NCBI GenBank assembly: GCA_045540035.1 | Contig: JAZQGL010000003.1 | Coordinates: 492 to 64,491, forward strand | Reading direction: 5' to 3' | DNA length: 64,000 bases | Source of the DNA: Faecousia sp. | Lineage (GTDB): Bacteria; Bacillota; Clostridia; Oscillospirales; Oscillospiraceae | In this document: in pieces, positions 1 through 9,700 of the stretch | Layout of the letters: each line of letters starts with the position of its first letter | Numbering within the stretch: position 1 is the stretch's first letter | Made by a program: the position numbers and the translations under genes | Notes under the pieces: model-generated | What the model was told of the DNA's origin: nothing | Database searches by the model: none | The model's input: only the letters and a program-made list of their open reading frames with translations

Positions 1-1259
1 ATAATTTTAATGATCTCGGCGTCGGTTTTGCGCATACCTTCGCTTGCCAGACGGCTGACATTGTCGATGGTGTTTTCCACGCCCTTGCTGACGATGCCAT
101 CGCCGCCGACGAACTGGCTGCCCTGGCGGAACATCTCCATACCCAGGATGCCGGCCTCCACGGCAGAGGCGATCTTGGCTGCGCAACTGGCCTTCGCACC
201 GTCACAGATAACACCGGAGTTGATGGCGATGGCGTTGACCACCGTGTGGGCGATCTCCCGGAACTTGCCGCCGAACAGATATGTAACACCTGCCGCTGCA
301 CCGCAGCCAGCGCTGATGGCGCCGCAGTAGGCACTCAGCGGGCCGATGCCGGATTTCAGGTGCAAAGTGATCAGGTTGGAAACCGTCAAAGCCCGGTAAA
401 GCTGCTCATCGCTTGCGCCCATATCCCGGGCGTAAATGATCACCGGCACGGAAGATGTGATGCCCTGATTGCCGGAGCCGGAGTTGATAACCACCGGCAG
501 GTCACAGCCGCTCATACGGGCATCGGACGCCGCGGCGGCGTAAGCCTTTGCCCGGGTGACCACATCGTCGCCCCGTGTTTTCAACAGCACCTGACCGATC
601 CGGGCGCCGTAATCGTTGTCAAGTCCCTCCTGGGCGATGGCCATATTGCAGTTTATCTGCCGGTCCAGCACATCCTTGACATCGCAGATATCCACCGTGT
701 CTGCAAATTCCACGATCTTTTCCACAGTCAGCAGGGCTTTGTCCCGGTTTTCCTCTTCCATACTGACCTCGATGCTGCGCTCCAGCACCGTGTTGCCGTC
801 GCCCCGGATCAGCACCACATTGGTATGCTCACCGGTAATGCGGCAGACAGACTTATGTCCTGCGCCTTCCAGTTCGATCTGAATATCAAACAGTTGCCCG
901 GATTGGGACTCTTCCACAGTAAAGGCTGCCTCTTTCAGATAATCGGCGATCTCCTTTTGCTGGGCCTTGGTGACCTGAGAGATCACCAGCAGTTTTTTCT
1001 CCGGATCACCGGCAATGACGCCTGCGGCAGCCGCCGCTTCCAGACCGTGAAGTCCGCCGGTGTTGGGAACGATAACGCTTTTTACATTCTTAATAATATT
1101 GCTGCTGACAACGATGGACACTTTTTCCGCCCGGGCAGGCAACTGACTTGCCGCCACAGCCGCGGCGTATGCCACCGCGATCGGCTCTGTGCAGCCCATA
1201 GCAGGTACAAGTTCCTGCTGCAGCACCCGAATATAGGCATTATAGAGTTCTCTCTCCAT
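1..1259 (-). CDS. YhaM/CdsB-family L-cysteine desulfidase (serine dehydratase alpha-like); 3' end cut by the window edge
   Basis: Absent from the ORF track (no stop in window). Manual translation from ATG 1259 gives MERELYNAYIRVLQQELVPAMGCTEPIAVAYAA; later CGAISAGCGAAAG and CDGAKASCAAK motifs typical of the family; RBS GAGGTG. Confidence 0.8.
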   Translation of the reverse strand, partial: MERELYNAYIRVLQQELVPAMGCTEPIAVAYAAAVAASQLPARAEKVSIVVSSNIIKNVKSVIVPNTGGLHGLEAAAAAGVIAGDPEKKLLVISQVTKAQQKEIADYLKEAAFTVEESQSGQLFDIQIELEGAGHKSVCRITGEHTNVVLIRGDGNTVLERSIEVSMEEENRDKALLTVEKIVEFADTVDICDVKDVLDRQINCNMAIAQEGLDNDYGARIGQVLLKTRGDDVVTRAKAYAAAASDARMSGCDLPVVINSGSGNQGITSSVPVIIYARDMGASDEQLYRALTVSNLITLHLKSGIGPLSAYCGAISAGCGAAAGVTYLFGGKFREIAHTVVNAIAINSGVICDGAKASCAAKIASAVEAGILGMEMFRQGSQFVGGDGIVSKGVENTIDNVSRLASEGMRKTDAEIIKI

Positions 1260-1324
1260 AAATAAACACCTCTCTCATTTTCTGCCATCAGTATAGCAGA
1301 TAGTGGCGAAAAAGGAAAGTATAA

Positions 1325-1357
1325 AAAACTGCCCGGAGGACCTCTCCGGGCAATTTT
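1325..1357 (-). terminator. Intrinsic terminator after the scaffoldin gene
   Basis: aaaact-gcccggag-gacct-ctccgggc-aatttt hairpin with flanking A/T tracts. Confidence 0.7.
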
Positions 1358-1358
1358 G

Positions 1359-3779
1359 TTAAATTAAAGGATAATCCTCCGGGAACAGGCTGTGCCACAA
1401 AAGGGTCACCACATCGCTGTTATCGATGTTGCCGTCACGGGAGAAATCCAAATCTCCTTCCAGAGGATAATCCTCCGGGAACAGCGTATGCCACAGAAGC
1501 AGCACCACATCATCGTTAGTGACCTCTCCGTCCAGATTGACATCACCGATCAAAAAGAGTTTCGGCAACTCCACATAGGTGGTGTGATCACAGCGGGAGC
1601 AGGTCTCATAGGCTTCCCAGCCGGTCTGCGAATACGTGGGTTCCTGACCCTCGTGGTAGATCAGATCGTGACCCAGAGCGGGGATCTCCACATAGGTGGA
1701 AGTCATACACATCGGGCAGGTCTCATAGGCCTCCCAGCCGTTTTCTGTACAAGTAGCCGCCTGACCCTCATACCGGATCAGTTCGTGACCCAGAGCGGGG
1801 ATCTGCGTATAGGTGGTGAAATCACAGCGGGTGCAGGCTACATAGGCGTCCCAGCCGTTTTCCGTACAAGTAGCCGCCTGTCCCTCGTACCAGATCAGAT
1901 CGTGATCCAAGGCAGGGATCTCTTCATAAGTGCTGTAATCGCAGCGGGAGCAGGTCTCATAGCCTTCCCAGCCGTATTCCGTGCAAGTAGGTGTCTTACC
2001 TTCGTGGTAGATCAGATCGTGATCCAGGGCAGGGATCTCTTCATAAGTGCTGTGATCGCAGCGGGAGCAGGTCTCATAGCCTTCCCAGCCGTATTCCGTG
2101 CAAGTAGGTGTCTTACCCTCGTGGTAGGTCAGATCGTGACCCAGGGCGGAAATTTCCACATAGGTGGAGTAGCCGCAGCGGGAGCAGGTTTCATAGGCTT
2201 CCCAGCCGATCTCCAGGCAAGTTGCCGTCTGCGCCCCGTAATAGGTCAGATCGTGACCCAAAGCAGGAATTTCCACATAAGTGGAGTAGTCACAGCGGGA
2301 GCAGGTCTCATAGCCTTCCCAGCCGATCTGCGTACAAGTATTTGTCTGACCCCCGTGGTAAGTCAGATCGTGACCCAACATCGGCACGATATCCACATCA
2401 TACCCTTCTGCGCAGGCACAGCCGTAATGGGTGCGTCCATCGCTTGTACAAGTAGCGGCAATGACCTCCCGCGCCAGAATACAGCCGGAGTCTGTCACAT
2501 ATTCCAGGGTCACAGCGTTTTGTTGGGTATCCACTACGCCGATGCCCTCCGGAGTCACCTGATAATGCGCCTTTGGGGATTGCAAAGGCTTCCAGGTGAT
2601 ATGGACAAGGGGCAGATCGGTATCTGCGTAGGCATCCATATTCACATAGGAAAACCGGATCTTTCCGGAGGTAAAGTTATCGTTGATCATCAGCATACCG
2701 CCGTGATCCGCGACCTCTTCAGCGGCTGTCACAGCCACGCAGGACAGCACAGCCGGATCGTAGTTGATCACGAAATCCGCAGCCGCAATGCCCGCACCGG
2801 CTTCCAGATAGAATGTAGCCCCATTTTCTCTGCCGACCACCAGTTCTTCTGTCTTTAAAAACGCGTTGGGATGGTCAACTTCCTGGGGCGCTTTCTGTAA
2901 AGTCACCGATCTGTAGGTGCTGCCGGGCAGATACGCCGACAGATCCTGCCGGTAGACATTTTCCGCCCGGGTACGCACGGATGTGGTGGTATCCACATCA
3001 GCGATGACTTTCAGGCGGACGGTAAACAGATAGTAACTGCTGACCGGTTCATCGTTGGCATAAACGATCCGCACCTGACCCAGTACCGAAGAATTGACGG
3101 AATAGACAGCGCCCTCCCCGGTCAGTTCCGGCATCAGGGTGACGGAGTCAAAAGCAAACAGTTCGTGGTCATACTCCACCGTAAAGTCCGCGCTGACAAA
3201 GAGCCGGCAACCGCTGTTGCACACCTGATAAGAAAGGGTGTCTCCCTTTTGCAGGGCATACCGATCGACATCGTTATAAATAGAAAACTCTTCAGTTTCC
3301 ACCGGGGCATTCACCGTCACAGAACCCTTGACACCGCCAACTGTCGCCTCTTGCAGGTTGCCGTCATAGGCTCTGCCGATGGCTACGGTAACGGGATAAG
3401 TGCCGGGCGTGCAGCTTGCATTGGTGGAAAAATAAATGCTCAGAAGATTGCCGGTGCCGCTGATGCCGTTCAGCGCCATCAGTGACAAGGTGATCTTACC
3501 TGCCTCGGCAGTATTTACTGAGGTTTGGGCGCCAGAGAGCAAGTTGCCGTTGTAGGTGCTGCTGACAGACAAAGCCGCCGGGTCATAGTACACATACACA
3601 TCCAGCGCCGCAATATTATTGAAATTTTCTGCTTTCAGGGTCACGCAGGCGGTGTTGCCCGCTGTAACTGTGACCGCATTTGCGCAGACCTGCTGCCCGG
3701 TGGCAGCACCGGCATACACCGGCGCTGCCGCGAAGATCAGGCAGAAGGTCAGAAGCAGGGCTAACATTCGTTTCTTCAT
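1359..3779 (-). CDS. Secreted scaffoldin-like protein: three cohesin-like domains, seven Cys/His repeats, C-terminal dockerin
   Basis: Signal peptide; three beta-rich modules with cohesin-like motifs (ALDVYVYYDPAAL, ADFTVEYDHELF, ADFVINYDPAVL); duplicated Ca-loop dockerin GDVNLDGEVTNDDVVLLLW...DFSRDGNIDNSDVVTLLW. Confidence 0.8.
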   Translation of the reverse strand: MKKRMLALLLTFCLIFAAAPVYAGAATGQQVCANAVTVTAGNTACVTLKAENFNNIAALDVYVYYDPAALSVSSTYNGNLLSGAQTSVNTAEAGKITLSLMALNGISGTGNLLSIYFSTNASCTPGTYPVTVAIGRAYDGNLQEATVGGVKGSVTVNAPVETEEFSIYNDVDRYALQKGDTLSYQVCNSGCRLFVSADFTVEYDHELFAFDSVTLMPELTGEGAVYSVNSSVLGQVRIVYANDEPVSSYYLFTVRLKVIADVDTTTSVRTRAENVYRQDLSAYLPGSTYRSVTLQKAPQEVDHPNAFLKTEELVVGRENGATFYLEAGAGIAAADFVINYDPAVLSCVAVTAAEEVADHGGMLMINDNFTSGKIRFSYVNMDAYADTDLPLVHITWKPLQSPKAHYQVTPEGIGVVDTQQNAVTLEYVTDSGCILAREVIAATCTSDGRTHYGCACAEGYDVDIVPMLGHDLTYHGGQTNTCTQIGWEGYETCSRCDYSTYVEIPALGHDLTYYGAQTATCLEIGWEAYETCSRCGYSTYVEISALGHDLTYHEGKTPTCTEYGWEGYETCSRCDHSTYEEIPALDHDLIYHEGKTPTCTEYGWEGYETCSRCDYSTYEEIPALDHDLIWYEGQAATCTENGWDAYVACTRCDFTTYTQIPALGHELIRYEGQAATCTENGWEAYETCPMCMTSTYVEIPALGHDLIYHEGQEPTYSQTGWEAYETCSRCDHTTYVELPKLFLIGDVNLDGEVTNDDVVLLLWHTLFPEDYPLEGDLDFSRDGNIDNSDVVTLLWHSLFPEDYPLI
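1557..2375 (-). repeat. Seven tandem 117-bp (39-aa) Cys/His repeats
   Basis: Unit GHDLxYHEGxxxTCTExGWExYETCSRCDYSTYxEIPAL occurs 7 times in the translation. Confidence 0.9.
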
Positions 3780-3794
3780 ACCCTTGCTCCCATA

Positions 3795-6700
3795 TTACAT
3801 TTTTACAGAGCCTACCACACCGCTGACATACTGCAGGATCCGCAGTGCCTCGGCTGCCCACAGCACGCCGTCGCCGTTTAAGTCGGCGCGGGCAAATTCC
3901 TCGGCGGTCATATTGTACTTATCGTTGATGGTGTACAGCAGCAGCAATGCGTCCAGATTGGTGATAACACCGTCGCCGTCCACATCACCCAGAGCGTCTG
4001 CGCCTACAGCCTCCTGCACCGCAATGGTGTAGGGAACTTCTGCGCTGCCCTTGTAGGTGTAACTGACACCGTCGAAGGCCTCGATGTAGTACTCGATGCC
4101 CGCCACCGTCACATACTGGGCAGGGATAATGGCGGAGTACTTATCGTTGAGTTTATTCATACGGATGGTGTTCCAGGTATCTGTACCGACAATGCGGTAG
4201 TAAAGATTTGCATACGCCACATTCAGGTTATCGGTAATGGTGGCGCTGAGGACCAGATTTGCGCCGGTAAAGGCATTTGTCACAAGGCTGTGGTAGATGT
4301 TGGGTGCCATAGTGTCCTTGGACATAATGACGATCTTGCCGGAGGGCTCAGACTCTGCCATATCCGTCTTAACTACGGTAAAGTTGTAGTAGTAGATCAC
4401 ACCGGGCTCTACGGTATCGTCGAAGAATGTCATCGTGTCGGCGGGAATGACCGTGCTGTTCAGACGGGTGTAGTAACCGTCCTCGCTGGTGGCGCGGTAG
4501 ACATTGTAGCCCATCAGGGTGTCAAAGTCATCCTGGGTCCAGGACAGCCGGATGCCGGTATCGGTAGCCGTACCCTGCATGATCAGCGCCTGGGCTGCGG
4601 TGGTATCGATGACGAAGCCGAAGCGGCCGTTATCGGGCTGCAGTTCCAGATCCTCGGTGGCAGAGCAGCCGCCATAGATGCTGAAATAGTGGTTGCCGTT
4701 TTCAATGAGGGTATTTAAGGTGTATGTGCCTTCCCAGGTGCGCGCATCCACATACTGACCTTCCACGGTGTAATCGCCGTAGGGATAGGCAGAGCCAAAG
4801 CGGACGGTCAGCGGGATAGATGTATCCATATCCCGGTTGAATTTCACCTGGAAACGGATCTGCTCATTGCCCACGGTGGTCACTTCTTCGCCGTACTTAT
4901 TAAACAGCGTTACAGAAGTAACAAAGGGATAGGTGTTTTCCGGGGCTTCCATCAGATAGGGATCGTACATCAACTGGCTGTAACTGATAAAGTCGGTGTA
5001 GTCCACCATCTGCAGTTCGATGGTCCGCTGATTGGTAGTTCCCCACCAGTTGCCGCCGAAGGGGATCTTGTAGACACTGCTGTTATATCCCACAGGACGG
5101 AACCAATGGGACACATTGGTGTCGGTGGCAGTGGGGTTCAGGATCGCATTGCCGTAGAAGGCGTTGTTTATCTGGAACTGGTTGCGCAGTTCATCCAGTT
5201 TTTCCAGCAAGGTGTCCATTGTATGATGGCGCCAGACGGTGGTATCCAGTTGGGACTGGTGGACCACCGGCGTTGCAGGTTCGGTCTCGCCGGAAAGTGT
5301 CTTTTTGGAAAGTTTTTTCTGAGGCTGGGTCTCCGGCGCCTGATAAGTAAAGGCGATGCGGATCTCTTCCGGATTGGTGGCGCCGCCCGTAGTATATACA
5401 GATGCCGCAGGGATCACCAGTTCATAGTTGATGCCTTCTGCAAATCCGGCAGAACGGCTGACAGTCAGGCAGTTATAATCGGTGATCTGCTCCTGCAAAG
5501 TGATCTGCACGCCGTCGGCATACAGTTTGGCAATGACGGAGGACAAAGCCTTATTAAAGGTCAGTGTCAGTGTTTCTTCGGTCAGCACGCCTTCTGTTAA
5601 GCCGCTGTCTGTCACCTTGGCAACATCCGCTTCCACTGTCTCCAGCAGGATGGGCACAGGCTCGGAAACGCTGCCGCTTTGTCCGGGAATGTGGTTCGCG
5701 CCGGAGGTGTTATCGCCAAATGCCAGCAGCATACCGCTGCGCAGTTCCACATAATATGTGCGCAGGTACATAAACACATCCACTGCATCGGTGATGCCGG
5801 GAACTTCCTTCACTTGTGCGCTATCCATATCAAACTGATAAACCTTACCGTCCCGGACAGCCATACCGTAGTAATAACCATAGGCGACCCGGTCATATCC
5901 GGACAGATCCCAAAGATGTTCGTCCTCGGAAATTTTTCCGTCAGCGGTCAGATAACAGCCATCGTCATTGAGTAGTTCGTCCACATTGGTAGCGATCAAT
6001 TGAGGGATGGTGGAATATCCGTTGCCCGCCACATAGAGTTCTCCCTTGTCTGTCAGGAAATATGTGCGGGAGGACCCATTTGTTCTTACATCCACCACGC
6101 CGTCCAGATTTACCAGTGTGGGGGTCTCGGTATGTCCTGTAGTGCCAATACCCAACTGACCGTAACTGTTGCCGGCGGCCTGTGTGGACCAGGCATATAC
6201 ATTTCCACTCTCGGTCAAGACGAAATTGCTGTAGGTATCCCGGGAAAATCCCTTGATCTTCCAACCGGTGCAAGCAGAAGATTCCACTCTCCATGTAGGA
6301 TCCATTTTGCCGCCATCAAACAATCTGATCTCACCGTTTTCCATAACCGCCACACAGTTGTCGTAGTAGATGTCTATTGCCAGCACACCTTCCGCGATCT
6401 GCACCGGGGTCTGGCGGTAGTTACTATCCCAGGTATACAGGCGACCGTCCTCCAGCAGCACAAAGTGGAAATAGCCGGTGTGATTATTTACCAGAACATC
6501 CTTAATGGGCGCAGATTCTTCTTCTGTCACCACCAGCAGGCAGGCGGCGGACAAGCCGCTGCGGCTGTCGGTAGCAACGACGGAGGTCGTACCGGCAGTT
6601 TTCAGCACCAGTTTGCCATCTTCGATCACCGCCACATCTTCGTCGGTGGACCGCCAGGTCAGCAGCAGATCTGCGCCCTGGTCGGTGATGATCTGCGGAA

Positions 6701-9700
6701 GTTCTGCTGTCTGATCTGTCAGGACGGCAGTAATGACAGGTGTTACAGACAACCGGGTCGCCTTCTGATAGGCAACTACCTGCATCGTGGCTGTCAGACC
6801 TTCGCAGGAAACCGTAATATTGGCAACACCGGAACCTACGGCGGTGAGTTTGCCGTACTTATCCACCTGTACCGCATCTTCATTGTCGGAGACATATGTC
6901 ATACCGAACAAGGTTGCATTCTCCGGCGCTGCGGTCAGCGCTGTCTGCAAGGTATCGCCCACTTCCAGTTCTGCTGTCTGCCGGGTAAAAGCGATGCTCT
7001 CAGGCATACAGTAGGAATCTACCGTAACGGTGACCACAGCAGGAACGATGGGCGCGGCGCTGGACACCGTGATCCGGGCTGTACCCTGAGATACTGCGGT
7101 AACAACACCGTTTTCATCCACCTTTGCCACGGATTCGTCGCTGCTTTCGTAGGTAAATGTCTCGTCGTCATACTGATTGGGGCTGATGGTGGGAGCAAGC
7201 TGCATAGACTTGGTCTCATACATCGTCACCGCATTCTGCTCCAGTGTGACCTCTCTTGCCAGCACCGTGAAGGTGACATAGTTCTGCACAGCCTTATCCC
7301 GGCTGTAGACCACCACATCGGCAGTGCCTACACCGGTAGGTGTCACCAGGCCGGTGTCGCTGACTGTCAATACGGTCTTATCGCTGCTCTCGTAGATATA
7401 TGCGCTGTTTTCCAAGTCTACGGGAGCGCTGATGGGTGCCAGTTGATACTGGGTGCGGGTATCCAGCGTCACTTCGTAATCATCAAAGGTGATCTCCCAG
7501 GGAAGCACTTCGCCGGGGATCTCGTAGAGTTTAAATGTGTCGGTATTGTACTGATTGTAGATCAGTTTAGTCTGTCCGTTTTCCATAAGCACACAGACAG
7601 GCGTGTTGTGACTTGCGGAGTCTGCCACGCCGTCGGGGTCCAGAAATGCCCCGATGGGGCTGCCGTCGCTCCACACCAGCCGGTCACCGTTGTATGCCGT
7701 ACCGAATGTATGGTAACCGGAATGGGTCTCCAGATACTTGTTGACGGTCAAGTTCGGATCCAGAATATTCTCTTCCAGCCAACGCAATTCTTCCGCTGTT
7801 TCCACAATGGCAAGTTTGCCGCCCAGTTTCTCCAGATAGAGAGGATCGATCTCGTACCAAGCACGGACATAGGTGGTACCGGTCTGCTTACAGTAGGCGG
7901 TTCTCAATGTATGCTCGGTATTTTCCGGCACGGGCTGCACAATAGTGGAAAGCGCGTGCTTTTCGCCGTAATTGCCCAAAAATACGCTGTTTGTTATGCC
8001 GGAATATTGCATCTGGATGCCGCAATCCACAAAGACACAACGGTCCAATGTGCTGTGGTAGATCCGGATGCCGGGACCGTATGTGTAATCGATCTTGTAG
8101 AACACACAGTCTTTCAGATTGGATTCGGCGAACATATTGGGGTCGTGCAAGAAATTCATCTGCACAACGCCGTTATACAAACGTCTTTCATACAGATATT
8201 CGCTGTAGTTGATCCGGAAGGTGCAGTGATCTGCCAGATCGATCCGGTTGCCGGAACTGGTGTGTCCGCAATTGAAAAAATTGGTGATATCGGCGTATTT
8301 CATAGAGACATAGCCGGTTTCACTGCCGCCGATCTCCACCGTATAGGCGCTCATCAGTTCGCTGGGATAGATCAGCACCGGCTCTTCTTTGGTGCCTTCC
8401 ACCAGGAACTTGCCGTTAACCTGCAAGTAGGCGATGTAATTGTCTGCGTAGGGATCGGAAGCGTCGTCACTCCAGAACTGGATCCGGGTGCCGGGCATAA
8501 CCTTCACGGTAACGCCTTCCTGAATGACGGTGGCGTTGGGAATAATGTACAGATTGTCCTTGGTCAGCACCATATCCTCGTCGATGACAGAGGGCAGGAT
8601 ATAGCCGGCGCGGACATTTTCGTCCACAGCGCCGTAAGTGGTGTAGACCGTTTCATCTGCTTCGTCCAGAGCGTTTTCGCAGGTGACGGTCACATTCAGA
8701 GTAAACCGGTAGTCATTGGGGCAATCCTCAGAGATCTCCAGCATAAAGGGATCTTCCCAACCGGTCAGCAGACCGTCGGTGTAGATCTTGCCGCAATCCT
8801 GGGTAGAGTAAGTGCCTACAGAACCGTAATTCACGGTGGGATTCTTTACGGTGATGTAAGGATCGGAAAGACCTGCCTGGGACAAGGTGTCCACCGTGAC
8901 CTGGGTGTTTTCGCTCATACCCCAGCGGTTTTGCAGGATCAGACCCAGGGCAACGGTCTCCCCGGCATCGATAACGCCGTCGCCGTTGTTCTTTTCAGAA
9001 TACTTGGGATCGTCAAACAGGGCATAATCCTGCACATTCAGTTCCGGCTTGGGCAGTTGGGTCAGAGCGGCGTGCAGATCTGCCACCTGAGGCAGATTGT
9101 GCTGGCCGTGGATTGCGGGATTCAGGCAATCGGCGCAGACACCGGAGGTAGATGCCAACTGACCGTAGATAAACTTGGTGGGGTACTTGTCCCGGTCGGC
9201 AAACTCACTGCGCAGGATCGCCGCAAAGGCAGAAACCATAGGCGCAGCCATAGAAGTACCGCTGAGGAAGCCGTACTTGTTGCCCGGCAGCGTGGACATA
9301 ATGTTCTCGCCGGGGGCGTAGAGTTCATACTCCACATTGTTAAATGCCTTCACATCCCAGTTGGTGAATACAGACTCTCTGCCTGCCTCGTCCACGCTCA
9401 TAACGCCCAGCACATAAGTCAGGGCAGCGGGATAGTTGGGGACAGCGATACTGTCTGTCGGTGTGGGTTCGTTGTTCTCGCCGTCATTACCGGCAGATGC
9501 TACCAGTACACAGCGGTCATAAGCGGCATACAGGGCATCCTGCACCGCAATGGAGCAGGCGCTGCCGCCGAAGGACATATTGATGACTTCCGCGCCGTTT
9601 TCGTAGGCATACAGGATTGCCTTGGCAATGTCCGCCTGGTTCAAAGTGCCGTTGTGCATAGCCGCCTTGACGGACATAATTTTTACATTGTAAGCAATGC

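Noticed and set aside
1557-2375. 117-bp tandem repeats as a CRISPR array
   Set aside because: Contiguous in-frame coding repeats without unique spacers; no cas genes in the window.
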